Part shown: positions 29,650-39,203 of the stretch, piece by piece
Layout of the letters: each line of letters starts with the position of its first letter
How positions within the stretch are numbered: the first letter of the stretch is position 1
Source: an uncultured delta proteobacterium
GTDB lineage: Bacteria > Desulfobacterota > Desulfobacteria > Desulfobacterales > UBA2156
Direction: 5' to 3'
NCBI GenBank assembly: GCA_963736855.1
Contig: CAVTQK010000015.1
Location: 576,509 to 640,508, forward strand
Length of the DNA stretch: 64,000 nt
Notes under the pieces: model-generated
What the model was told of the DNA's origin: nothing
The model's database searches: none
The model's input: only the letters and a program-made list of their open reading frames with translations
Program-made: the position numbers and the translations under genes

Positions 29650-30480
29650 TTACCTGTTCGCTTGGGGTTGTTTTTTTTCCCGGGAGACCTGGATGAATTT
29701 CCGGGGTACAGGGGTTATCCGCGGCAAAGCGCCCAGGGGGCTTTGATCCACCAGAAGAATGCACCCATAAGCCTTTTCCAGGTTTTCAAAGGTGAGCACC
29801 TCACGAGGCGGCCCCATTCCTACAGATAGGCCTTCTTTGAGGATCAGCAGCGTATCGGCATAGAGGGCGGCTAAATTGACATCGTGGGAGACCATGACGA
29901 TGGTCACCCCCTTTTCCTCCTTGAGCCGTTCCATCAAGTCCATGATCCGGATTTGGTGCGCCAGATCCAGGGAGGCCGTGGGCTCATCCAGAAGGATGAT
30001 CCGGGGCTCCTGACAGATGGCCCGGGCGATGATGGCCCGCTGGCGCTCTCCACCGCTGATGCGATCCATCTTCCGTTCCGCAAGCCCGTCGATTCCCGTG
30101 AAAGACATGGCCGCTTCGGTGATTTTTTGATCATGGTCGCGTTCAAAGCCGAGCATCCCCAAATGCGGCGATCGGCCCATCATCACCACCTCCTTGACCG
30201 TAAAAGGAAAGTCAACCGGAAAGGTCTGGGGGACATAGGCCACAACTCTTGCCAGTTCTTTCCTGGAATATCGCCGGTCGGATTTATCGAAGATGTCTAT
30301 CCGGCCTTCTTGGTACTTTTCTATTCCGGCGGACACTTTCATGAGGGTGGTTTTACCTGAACCGTTGGGTCCGATGATGATGAAGAATTCTCCTTTTCTA
30401 ACCGAAAAGGAGAGATCCTCCAGCGTAATTCTGTTCCCGTAGGAGTGGGTCAGTTTCGATATGGATAATGCTTTGCTCAT
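29650..30480 (-). CDS. Iron-siderophore/cobalamin-type ABC transporter ATP-binding protein
   Basis: GPNGSGKTT, SGGERQR, LLDEPT. Last gene of a binding-protein/permease/ATPase trio next to cob genes. Confidence 0.9.
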   Translation of the reverse strand: MSKALSISKLTHSYGNRITLEDLSFSVRKGEFFIIIGPNGSGKTTLMKVSAGIEKYQEGRIDIFDKSDRRYSRKELARVVAYVPQTFPVDFPFTVKEVVMMGRSPHLGMLGFERDHDQKITEAAMSFTGIDGLAERKMDRISGGERQRAIIARAICQEPRIILLDEPTASLDLAHQIRIMDLMERLKEEKGVTIVMVSHDVNLAALYADTLLILKEGLSVGMGPPREVLTFENLEKAYGCILLVDQSPLGALPRITPVPRKFIQVSREKKQPQANR

Positions 30481-31487
30481 GTCTTGGATTTTAGGAGCAG
30501 GAAGATGAATAAGGGGGCACCAAACAGGGCCGTGATAACGCCCACCGGAATCTCTCCCTGTTCCGGGAGGCTGCGTGCCAGAAGGTCACATAGTATCATA
30601 TAAGTCCCACCCCCCAGAATGCAGGCCGGAACTAAGACCCTATGGTCCGCTCCGAGTAACATCCTTAACAGGTGTGGTATCACGAGTCCGACAAACCCCA
30701 GCAGACCACATTGGCTCACTGTGACACTGACGATAAAGGATGTGATCGACAGAAGAGAAACGGTTGCGGCTACGATGTTCACCCCCATACTCTGGGCCAT
30801 CTCTTTTCCCATCAAAAGCAGGTTCATTGTATGGGAAAGCCAGAAAAGGAGGATAAAACAGGGTATGAGCAGAGCGGCCATGATCCCGACCTGATGAAGG
30901 TCGGCGAGGGACAGATCGCCCATGAGCCAGAAGATGATATTATGGAGACGTGCGTCCTGGGTGATGGAAACGAGAAACATGATCACCGCACCACAAAAGG
31001 CATTGATCATGACGCCGGATAGTAAAAGGGAATCCTTTTTCAGCATGCCCTTCCCGGAAGCCATCAGGAGGATCATTGCCAGGGTGGAAAGACTCCCCAG
31101 GAAAGCCAGGAGACCGACCCCGGGAAATCGGGACAGGCCCAGAAGAATTCCCAGGATCGCTCCGATTGCGGATCCGCCTGAAATTCCGAGGATGTAAGGT
31201 TCTGCCAGGGGGTTTCGTAAAAGCGCCTGAAACACCAGGCCCCCAAGGGCCAGCGCAGCGCCTACAAGGGCGGCCATCAGGACTCGGGGGAGGCGGATTT
31301 TCCAGATGATGGTGCTGATCATAGGGTCCGCGCCTTCTTTGCCCATGGCGGAGCGGATCATCTCCTGAAAAGAATTCTGACTGGATCCCAGGGAAAGGCC
31401 GAATGCTGCAGAGATACATAAAGCGATGCCGAATAAAAGAGATACAAACAGGATCCTTTGGGGCAATGATGGGTAGTTTGAAGTCAC
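30477..31487 (-). CDS. FecCD-family ABC permease (BtuC-like)
   Basis: Polytopic FecCD pattern. The ORF maximum (31637) overlaps the upstream gene by 145 nt, so a GTG at 31487 is the proposed start. Confidence 0.85.
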   Translation of the reverse strand: MTSNYPSLPQRILFVSLLFGIALCISAAFGLSLGSSQNSFQEMIRSAMGKEGADPMISTIIWKIRLPRVLMAALVGAALALGGLVFQALLRNPLAEPYILGISGGSAIGAILGILLGLSRFPGVGLLAFLGSLSTLAMILLMASGKGMLKKDSLLLSGVMINAFCGAVIMFLVSITQDARLHNIIFWLMGDLSLADLHQVGIMAALLIPCFILLFWLSHTMNLLLMGKEMAQSMGVNIVAATVSLLSITSFIVSVTVSQCGLLGFVGLVIPHLLRMLLGADHRVLVPACILGGGTYMILCDLLARSLPEQGEIPVGVITALFGAPLFIFLLLKSKT

Positions 31488-31492
31488 CGGAT

Positions 31493-32407
31493 CTACCTGA
31501 AAAGCATTGGATGGATCAGTCCAGCCAGGACTTCCAATCCTTCCACCAGGCGTGGGGAGGCCCGATCCACCAGGTCGGAATCGATGAGGTGAATCCGGTT
31601 GTTTTTCACCGCCGGCATCTGGGGCCAGCGCTGCCACTCGGCCTTGATTTGATCAAAACTTGCCCCTCGGGTCATGCTGGTGATTATGAAAACCTCCGGA
31701 GACAGGGAAAGGATCTGTTCCCGACTGAATCTCGGATACGGGACGGGCCCCTGGGCCAGATTGATCCCCCCGGCAAGGATGATGAGTTCATGAATGAAGG
31801 TATCGGTGCCTGCAGAAACGATGGGGGTGATTCCGATCTGGAAGAAAACAGTGGGTCTTTGGGTTGCTCCGGCGATTTTGGAGGTAATGATGCGGGTTTT
31901 TTCCTCCATTTGTTTAACCAGGCTTCTTGCTTTTGGTATAACATCGAGAAGGTTTCCGATTTCCAGTATCGTCCCTGTCAAAGCGTGCAGGTTCCGAGGA
32001 TCCACGGCATAGACCGGAACTCCCAGGTGGTCGAGACGGTCGATGACTTCCTTGGGGTTGCCGTCTTTTACGGCGATGCACAGGTCCGGCTGGATAGCCA
32101 TGATCTTTTCCAGGTCCAGTTGCACGTAGGAGCCCACCTTAGGAAGGTTCTCGGCTTGAGGCGGGAAGTTGCTGAACCGGGTTACACCCTTGAGACGGTC
32201 GCCGGCATCCAGCGCAAAGACAATCTCAGTAATGCTGGGCGCCAGTGCCACAACGCGGATGGGATGCTCCGGAACCCGAACCCTGCGACCCAGTTGATCC
32301 ACAACTTCTTTTGCCGAGACCGGAAAACTTGCAAGCAAAAGGACTCCCATCAGGATAAAGGGCAGCGTCGGCATCCATTTGTAACACATATGACGCCTCA
32401 TGTTCAC
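31493..32407 (-). CDS. Periplasmic substrate-binding protein (BtuF-like, cobalamin/iron-siderophore class)
   Basis: Signal peptide, then RVVALAPSITEIVFAL as is typical of class 8 binding proteins. cob context. Confidence 0.8.
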   Translation of the reverse strand: MNMRRHMCYKWMPTLPFILMGVLLLASFPVSAKEVVDQLGRRVRVPEHPIRVVALAPSITEIVFALDAGDRLKGVTRFSNFPPQAENLPKVGSYVQLDLEKIMAIQPDLCIAVKDGNPKEVIDRLDHLGVPVYAVDPRNLHALTGTILEIGNLLDVIPKARSLVKQMEEKTRIITSKIAGATQRPTVFFQIGITPIVSAGTDTFIHELIILAGGINLAQGPVPYPRFSREQILSLSPEVFIITSMTRGASFDQIKAEWQRWPQMPAVKNNRIHLIDSDLVDRASPRLVEGLEVLAGLIHPMLFR

Positions 32408-32505
32408 CTAACTTCTTAATAGCGATATGAAAGTCGATCCCCGGTGTTTGTAATCATTTTTCCTATCACCTCAGGCTTATATTAACAATGCCTCGAAAGG
32501 GACGG

Positions 32506-32519
32506 AACGAAATTTCGTT
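32506..32519. promoter_or_regulatory. Perfect 14-bp palindrome AACGAAATTTCGTT upstream of the btuF-like gene
   Basis: Read directly. Lies about 100 nt upstream of the start codon at 32407, in a 172-nt intergenic gap. May be an operator or a small hairpin. Confidence 0.3.
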
Positions 32520-32579
32520 TGTTCCTTCGTGACCATTCGAAGCTCAATTGGCGCCTGGGTTCTTTGGTTTCAAATGGGT

Positions 32580-33071
32580 CTATTGGACTGAAAAAACCAG
32601 TTCCCGAAAGGAATAATTTCCCCGGCTGTCTGCAATCCGGATTTCGATCTTGTGATTGCCTTTGGGGATATCAGCTTCCGGGATATAAATCCCTTTTTCC
32701 GTCGCGTAGGGCCGGATACGATCGGTGATATCGATAGAAATAATTTTCCTGTAAAGTACTTTCAAGGTTTCAAGATCCACGGCGGAATCCGGCCGCGTTT
32801 CAAAATGCAGGTCCACCATCAGGGGCGCCCGGTAGCTTTCTCCATCCTTGGGATTGTTGACGATGATCATCGGTCCTTTCATAGGATCCACCTGTGAAAT
32901 TTGGCTGCCGGGGGCTTTCATCGGCGCATCTTCCATGGCCGCCTCTTTCTCGGTGATCAGAAGTACTGCCATGCCGGCATGGGCCCAAGGCAGAAACACG
33001 GCAAACCAGACCCATACCCAAATCAACCGCCAAACCGTTTTAAAGTCGTCGTGTTTTCTGAGCTTTTCCAT
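32580..33071 (-). CDS. Hypothetical exported or membrane-anchored protein inside the corrinoid cluster
   Basis: 163 aa. N-terminal hydrophobic segment WRLIWVWVWFAVFLPWAHA followed by a beta-rich domain. No family assignable by eye. Confidence 0.55.
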   Translation of the reverse strand: MEKLRKHDDFKTVWRLIWVWVWFAVFLPWAHAGMAVLLITEKEAAMEDAPMKAPGSQISQVDPMKGPMIIVNNPKDGESYRAPLMVDLHFETRPDSAVDLETLKVLYRKIISIDITDRIRPYATEKGIYIPEADIPKGNHKIEIRIADSRGNYSFRELVFSVQ

Positions 33072-33105
33072 CGTTTTCTCCCTTGATGTCGGAACCGCCC
33101 GACCG

Positions 33106-34195
33106 CTAGAAACCCTCCTTCATCAGGTAATCCAGCATATGTCGGGCACATTTTCGGTTGTATGGCCGGGTTTTTATGGAAATGCGCACATATTGATCCG
33201 AAAGCCCCAAAAAATTCTTGCAGTTGCGAATCAGAATCCGGTGCCGCGCCAAGTGGCTGCAGATCCGGGTGGCTTCATGACGCTTGGCAAGACGTCCGAT
33301 TATAAAGGCGGTCTGGCTCAAAAAGAAGCGGATTTCTTCAATGGGATCAAACTGCTTCAAGAACCATGCCTTTTCCTTTTGTAGGAAGCGCCTGCTTTTT
33401 TCAATGAATTTTTGGGATAATTCCGGATGGTTCATCAGGAATAAGACGGCGGACTGAGATAAAGTGTTGGCGCTCCAGGGTACAAGCCTCCGGTAAACCG
33501 CCTTTTTCAGCCGGGAGTGGAAAAACATCAATCCCGCACGGAGGCCGGGGATTGAGAAGATCTTGGAGAGAGAATATAGAACGACCCGGTTTGGAGCGTT
33601 GAAAGGGATGAGGCTTTGGGTTTCACCGCCTTCCACGAAGGGCAGATACGATTCGTCGATGATAAAACGGGTTTTCGGAAAATCGGAAAGAAGGGATTCC
33701 ACCTCTTTTTTAGGGATGAGGGTTCCTGTGGGATTGTTGGGATTGCAGATAAAGACCGCATCGAAGCAAGGCGCCATGAACTGGATTCGCGACACGTTCG
33801 GGATAAAGGCGTCTGTTGCGTGTCCGATGAGATGATGAACTTCGGCCCCATGCCGGAGGCAGGCGTCCTCATAGTCGGCGTAGGTTGGGCCGAGAATCAG
33901 GGCTTTCCGGATGCCCAGTATTCCCGGAAGGGCGTAAATGAACTCGGTGGTGCCGTTTCCGGCGACGATGCCGTCAGCATCGATCCCGAACCGTGCGGCA
34001 GCAGAAACAGCCAACGCCCTGGCATCGACTTCAGGAAGTGCGGAGATGGACCGGAGGGCTTCCTGAAGATGCGCCATCAGTTCCGGCATCGGCCCAAGGG
34101 GATTGATATTACTGCTCATATCCAGGATCTCTCCGGGAGGCGCATCCGATTTGCCGGGCCAAGGAATGAATGTTGCCTCCGTGTCCGACGATCAT
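33106..34195 (-). pseudogene. cobD: Threonine-phosphate decarboxylase CobD/CobC (aminotransferase class I/II fold), apparent 1-nt frameshift near 34133-34141
   Basis: ORF 33106..34119 begins MSSNINPLGP. The expected N-terminus MIVGHGGNIHSLARQIGCA is in another frame (tail of ORF 34109..34324). Removing one nt restores ...GCAPGEILDMSSNINPLGP. Confidence 0.8.
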
Positions 34196-34920
34196 CCGAG
34201 ATCTCCCATGGAAAGGATGCAAAAGAGCCCGGATTCCATGATTTCCACCATGGCGCCCATCATATCCCCGGTAATACAGCCCATCCGCCTGCGGTAAAAG
34301 AACACCAGCGCCGAGCCGATGCAAAGAAAGGCGCTGTTAACCCAGAAGGCCCGGTCACCCAGCTGCAGGGAGGCGATGACCGGAATCAGAACCCCCGAAA
34401 GGATCCATGGCCGCAGAGGTTTTTCAAAAAGAAAGGTTCCTGTTCCGCCTTCCGGGCGACCGTAGGGCAGAAGAAATAGGGCCGGAATGATTACGGCCCT
34501 GGCATAGGCCGGGACGATAAAAAGACAAAGGTTGCGATGCATCTCCAAACCCATCAGGCCCGACCATTTGATCAGGAGCGCACAGATCGTTACCACAAGG
34601 CCCATGGCGCCGACCCGGCTATCCTTCATGATGGTCAGCGCCTTTTCCCTTTCCCGGTGTGCCAGAAGACCGTCTGCGGTATCGGCCAGTCCGTCCAGAT
34701 GCAGCGCACCCGTGACCAGAGCCAGGAGGGCCACATCAAGGGATGCGGCGGTAACAGCGGATCCGAAATGTAAAAAAAGAAGGTCGAAGAAGACCAGCAC
34801 ACCCCCGATCACGAAGCCGGCCACGGGAAAAAAGAACACCAGCTTTTCGGGATCGGTCTCTCGGGGCTTTCCGAGGGGCAATAACGTTAGAAACTGCAGT
34901 GCGGCAATCAGGGGTGTCAT
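34192..34920 (-). CDS. cobS: Adenosylcobinamide-GDP ribazoletransferase (cobalamin synthase)
   Basis: MTPLIAALQFLTLLPLG start with an ATGA overlap on the cobU stop. Polytopic CobS pattern. The 59-aa N-terminal extension of the ORF is rejected. Confidence 0.88.
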   Translation of the reverse strand: MTPLIAALQFLTLLPLGKPRETDPEKLVFFFPVAGFVIGGVLVFFDLLFLHFGSAVTAASLDVALLALVTGALHLDGLADTADGLLAHREREKALTIMKDSRVGAMGLVVTICALLIKWSGLMGLEMHRNLCLFIVPAYARAVIIPALFLLPYGRPEGGTGTFLFEKPLRPWILSGVLIPVIASLQLGDRAFWVNSAFLCIGSALVFFYRRRMGCITGDMMGAMVEIMESGLFCILSMGDLG

Positions 34921-35453
34921 AGGGCATCCGGCGACTTGACGGGGACCGGAATGCCAGCCACCATCCATAAAACACGGGAGCAGGCGGCCGCCGCCTGCTG
35001 ATTGATCCGGCCTGCCACATCCCTGAAGCGCCGGGCTAAGGGGTTTTCCGGAACGATGCCGGTTCCAACCTCGTTGGTGACAAAAATGAGAGGGCATTGC
35101 GCCGTTTCAATGGCTTCGGTAAGCGTTTCGACGTACCGATCGATCTCAGCCTCGTCTTGGGTTTGGCAGAGGAGGTTATTCACCCACAGGGTGAGGCAGT
35201 CCACCAGGATCATCTCTGCCCATCGGCTCGATTCCAAAACTGCTTCCGCGATGTATAGGGGGACTTCAAGGGTTTTCCAGGATGGGCCTCTTTCGCGTCG
35301 GTGATGAGCCACACGATCCCGCATCTCCTCGTCGGTGGGGATGCAGGTCGCCACGAAGGCTTTCTCCCCCGAGGTGCGTTTTTCAGCCATTTTCAGGGCA
35401 AAGCGGCTTTTTCCGCTCCGGGCGCCCCCGATGATCAGAGTCGCGTCTTTCAT
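34917..35453 (-). CDS. cobU: Adenosylcobinamide kinase / adenosylcobinamide-phosphate guanylyltransferase
   Basis: P-loop GGARSGKS. 178 aa. Overlaps cobQ by 4 nt. Confidence 0.9.
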   Translation of the reverse strand: MKDATLIIGGARSGKSRFALKMAEKRTSGEKAFVATCIPTDEEMRDRVAHHRRERGPSWKTLEVPLYIAEAVLESSRWAEMILVDCLTLWVNNLLCQTQDEAEIDRYVETLTEAIETAQCPLIFVTNEVGTGIVPENPLARRFRDVAGRINQQAAAACSRVLWMVAGIPVPVKSPDAL

Positions 35454-36973
35454 TTCAAGTTTTGATTCAAAGGGTTCACGAAAATGGATGATAAACGATC
35501 CATGTCCACATGCCGTTGAAAATGCTCAGCCAAGAGATCGTATTGTTTGTCTCTTGCGTCCGGCCCGGCTTTTTCGGGGACTTTCAGATGCGAAAGCCCC
35601 AGGGTTTTAAGCCACCGTCTGGTGATTTCCGGGGTATCGAAGAGCCCGTGGATATAGGTTCCCAGGATTCGATGGTCGTTGGACGCACATCCGTCTTCAT
35701 CATGACAGGTACGGTCATTTCGCGCATAGATTCTGAAGAGGGCTTTTCCCCCAAGCCGCCGGGTTTTTCCCATATGGATCTCATATCCGAAGGCCTCGGC
35801 GTCTTTCCAGCAAAACCGGGTGCGCGTTGTTTGTTTAAAGGTCCGAAGATGAGTTTCGACGGGAAGGAAGGATAATCCTCGAGTCGATCCCGATTTGCCT
35901 TCCAGCCCCTTTTCATCACGGATGTTTTGACCCAGTATCTGATATCCGCCGCAGATCCCGAGCAGGTGGCCGCCGGCTTTCACATAGGAGCAAAGAGCTT
36001 CACGGAATCCGGTTTCGTATATCCATCCCAGATCGCTTCGGGTGTTCTTGGACCCCGGTAAGATGACGGCTCGAAACGAAGAGAGATCTTGCGCTTTTTC
36101 AATGAAAAAAACATTCAGGCCGCGGATGTCAAAAAGGGGCTCAAAATCGGTGAAGTTAGAAATATGGGGGACACGGATCACGGCGATGGAAGCCTGTTTG
36201 GAGGATTTCCGTGATGTTGGTCTGGGATTTTCGAGCACCACCGAATCTTCCGCATCGATGCGGATTCCATCGTACCAAGGGAGCACCCCGAGGACCCGTT
36301 TTCGGGTCCTTTTTTGAATCCATGCCACGCCCTCGGAAAAAAGGTCCGGATCTCCACGAAACCGATTGATGAGGATTCCGGCGATGCGGTTTCTGTGCTC
36401 TCGGGAGAGGCATTCCAAGGTTCCCACGATTTGCGCAAATACCCCGCCCTTGTGGATGTCGGCCACTAAAATCACCGGGGCGTCGGCGATTTCCGCAATC
36501 TTAAAATTAACGATATCGCGGTCCATCAGGTTGACCTCGGCACAGGATCCGGCACCTTCGATGAGCACACCGTCGTAATGCGTTCGCAGTCGGTTCAGTG
36601 CTGACTTGGCTTTATCGAAGAGGGCCTTGTTGTGCCGGTAGTACCGGCGTGCGGAAAGGGTACCGACGGCCTTTCCCATGAGCACCACCTGGGAACCGGT
36701 TTCACCGGTGGGTTTCAATAGAATGGGATTCATGTCCACGTGAGGAGGGATGCGGGCCGCTTCGGCCTGGACGATCTGAGCGCGGCCCATCTCCAGGCCT
36801 TCGGGTGTGACACCGGAATTATTCGACATGTTCTGGGACTTGAAAGGCGCCACGCGGATTCCGCTATTGACGAAAAACCGGGCCAGCGCTGTGACGACAA
36901 TACTCTTTCCCACTTCAGAGCCTGTCCCGAAAACGGCAAGACAGGATGCTTTGTTCTCATTTTTCGATGCCAA
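35450..36973 (-). CDS. cobQ: Cobyric acid synthase
   Basis: GTGSEVGKS nucleotide loop and a C-terminal glutamine amidotransferase (GICGGYQILG). The track start is TTG 36973. An ATG at 36960 that overlaps the cobO stop as ATGA is in another frame, so an extra frameshift at the 5' end is possible. Confidence 0.88.
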   Translation of the reverse strand: MASKNENKASCLAVFGTGSEVGKSIVVTALARFFVNSGIRVAPFKSQNMSNNSGVTPEGLEMGRAQIVQAEAARIPPHVDMNPILLKPTGETGSQVVLMGKAVGTLSARRYYRHNKALFDKAKSALNRLRTHYDGVLIEGAGSCAEVNLMDRDIVNFKIAEIADAPVILVADIHKGGVFAQIVGTLECLSREHRNRIAGILINRFRGDPDLFSEGVAWIQKRTRKRVLGVLPWYDGIRIDAEDSVVLENPRPTSRKSSKQASIAVIRVPHISNFTDFEPLFDIRGLNVFFIEKAQDLSSFRAVILPGSKNTRSDLGWIYETGFREALCSYVKAGGHLLGICGGYQILGQNIRDEKGLEGKSGSTRGLSFLPVETHLRTFKQTTRTRFCWKDAEAFGYEIHMGKTRRLGGKALFRIYARNDRTCHDEDGCASNDHRILGTYIHGLFDTPEITRRWLKTLGLSHLKVPEKAGPDARDKQYDLLAEHFQRHVDMDRLSSIFVNPLNQNLK

Positions 36974-37469
36974 GTCGGGCTCTGACCCCTTTATCGAAGT
37001 AATGCTTGATGGATCTTCATTTCGGTGACGAGGTCTGCGGCGTCGATGATCCGGCGGGAGGCATGTCTTCCGGTGATGACCAGTTCGACATCATCAGGCT
37101 TGGCCTCGATGACGTCCAGAATGTCTTGGACCGTGATGAGGCCCAATTTTGCCGCCACGTTGGCTTCTTCCAGGATGATCATTGATAGTCGGCCGCCGCC
37201 ATGACCTCACGAATCCGGGCAAGCCCTTTTGCGCCGCAGCGATATTCTTCGGAGAAGGGGGCCCTCCACGAAACGTCCCAGACCGAATTGCTCCACTGAA
37301 TTTGGTCCGAAAATCGGTCGAGCGCCTTGATTTCGCTGTAGTCTCCGAGTTTGATGAACTGTCCGATGAAGACTTTCAGGCCCGCACCGACAGCCCGTAA
37401 CGCCAGTCCCAGGGCGGCGGTGGTCTTTCCTTTTCCGTTTCCCGTGTAGACCTGAACATATCCTCGCAT
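36957..37469 (-). pseudogene. cobO: Cob(I)yrinic acid a,c-diamide adenosyltransferase CobO/BtuR, two apparent frameshifts
   Basis: Three consecutive pieces lie in three frames. They are MRGYVQVYTGNGKGKTTAALGLALRA...AAADYQ* (37179..37469), MIILEEANVA...ADLVTEMK (36991..37182) and IKHYFDKGVRARLGIEK* (to 36957). The frame switches fall near 37179-37187 and 37004-37017. Confidence 0.8.
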
Positions 37470-37519
37470 TTCGAATTCTTCCTTGGTCGTCGATTAGAAA
37501 AAGTGAAAGCGGATTCCTT

Positions 37520-38422
37520 TCAATGTCCAAAAGTCTGAGCGTCGTTTTTGAAAATTCGATCGATGGTTTCTTTAAGGCTCTCCTGCCACGGCCGAGGCAC
37601 GATTCCCCAGTGTCGCCGGATCAGGGAGCAATCTAAGACGCTGTATTTGGGCCGTATCGCCGGCGTCGGATATTCCTCGGTGGATATCGGGTGTAATCTT
37701 GCCACCTTCAGAGGAGCGTATTTCCTGGCCAACTCGAATACGGTTTCAGCGAACCGATGCCATGTGGTAACGCCATGGCCGGAAAAATGATAGATTCCCC
37801 ACTTGAGGGTCTTTTCCTTATGGATGAGTCTGATGATTTCAAGGACAGCTTTGGCCAGATCGGCGGCACAGGTGGGAGAACCGTATTGATCGGCAACCAC
37901 GCGCAGTTCCTCTTTTTCTTTCCCCAGGCGGAGCATGGTCTTAACGAAATTATGCCCGAACGGGCTGTAGAGCCATGCAGTGCGAATGATGACATGGGAA
38001 TCTAAAATGGAGCGAACTTTTTTCTCTCCTTCCTCTTTGCTCCGGCCGTAAACGCCCAGAGGGTTGACGGGATCGGACTCCCGGTATGGAGTCTTGGCTT
38101 TCCCGTCAAAAACATAATCGGTGGAGATGTGAATCAGGGGGGTGTTCAAACCTTTACAGATCCGGGCCAGTATTTCAGGACCCTGGCTGTTGACGGCAAA
38201 AGCCATTTTTGCGTCGGATTCCGCCTGGTCCACGTTGGTGTAAGCCGCCGCATTGATGACGACGGAGGGTCGGATACTTTTCAGAAATTTTTCCGCTGAA
38301 AAAGCGTCTGTGATGTCCACTTCGGGTAAGTCGGCCGCCACCGCATCCATGCAACGGGATCGGGCCGAGTCCGCCAGTTCATATCCCAGTTGTCCTTTTG
38401 ATCCGATGATGGCAATCGTCAT
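37520..38422 (-). CDS. rfbD: dTDP-4-dehydrorhamnose reductase
   Basis: 300 aa RmlD pattern (IIGSKGQLG, STDYVFDG, YGRSK). Overlaps rfbC by 4 nt. Confidence 0.9.
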   Translation of the reverse strand: MTIAIIGSKGQLGYELADSARSRCMDAVAADLPEVDITDAFSAEKFLKSIRPSVVINAAAYTNVDQAESDAKMAFAVNSQGPEILARICKGLNTPLIHISTDYVFDGKAKTPYRESDPVNPLGVYGRSKEEGEKKVRSILDSHVIIRTAWLYSPFGHNFVKTMLRLGKEKEELRVVADQYGSPTCAADLAKAVLEIIRLIHKEKTLKWGIYHFSGHGVTTWHRFAETVFELARKYAPLKVARLHPISTEEYPTPAIRPKYSVLDCSLIRRHWGIVPRPWQESLKETIDRIFKNDAQTFGH

Positions 38423-38982
38423 GATGCATCTTTCAGCAGAGGAAGGGTTTCTTTGGGTATTTGTGAAAGAATGGGGTAATGGCTGTCTTTTTCAGAGATC
38501 AGCGGGTTCTTAACCGGCCAATCGATTCCCAGGTCAGGATCGGACCATAAGATACCCCCCTCGTCATTGGGGGCATAAAAAGCCGAGCATTTGTAAGAAA
38601 AAAACGCAGTTTCACTGAGAACACAAAAGCCGTGGGCGAAGCCTTCCGGAATGAAGAACTGTTTTTTGTTTTCCCCGGAAAGGAAGACACCGAGCCATTT
38701 TCCGAAGGATGGAGATCCCGGTCGAATGTCCACCGCCACATCGTAGATCTCCCCAGAGATCACCTGGACCAGTTTTGCCTGGGGATGCCGACTCTGATAG
38801 TGCAGGCCCCTCAGGGTACTCTGAGTTGATTTGGAAAGGTTGTCCTGCACGAACACCGTTTGGATGCCGTATTCCTGGTACCGTTTTTGGTGATAGGTTT
38901 CCATGAAAAAGCCTCGATGGTCTGAAAAGACATCCGGCTCGATGATCAGGGCGCCGTCAAGCGCCGTTGAAAAAATGTTCAT
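38419..38982 (-). CDS. rfbC: dTDP-4-dehydrorhamnose 3,5-epimerase
   Basis: RmlC signature LRGLHYQ and AHGFCVLS. 187 aa. Confidence 0.92.
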   Translation of the reverse strand: MNIFSTALDGALIIEPDVFSDHRGFFMETYHQKRYQEYGIQTVFVQDNLSKSTQSTLRGLHYQSRHPQAKLVQVISGEIYDVAVDIRPGSPSFGKWLGVFLSGENKKQFFIPEGFAHGFCVLSETAFFSYKCSAFYAPNDEGGILWSDPDLGIDWPVKNPLISEKDSHYPILSQIPKETLPLLKDAS

Positions 38983-39203
38983 GGTACCGTTTTTCTCCCT
39001 TGAAGAATTTCAATTAGAATCCGGATCCATCGGCCATACCTTTTTTGAGGATGATTTATCAACTGCTTTAAGATGACTCAAAGGGCGCTCATGTTACGGG
39101 AAAAGAGCACCGGTTCCATTTTCACGGATTTTTCCAGGCGATCTAAAGACAGGAGTTTGATTTTGACAAATCAGGATGATAAAAACCTAATAGTTTTTCA
39201 AAG

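Noticed and set aside
32408-32579. Cobalamin riboswitch upstream of the btuF-like gene
   Set aside because: It is expected from context. However, the conserved B12 box (AGCCAGGAGACCTGCC-like) and the GCCACTG core are not visible on the minus strand. Only a short palindrome is present. A covariance-model scan is needed to be sure.
38983-39200. Cobalamin riboswitch upstream of rfbC/cobO
   Set aside because: The minus strand contains GGAAAAATCCGTGAAAATGG, which superficially recalls GGTGAAAATCC. The rest of the consensus is absent.
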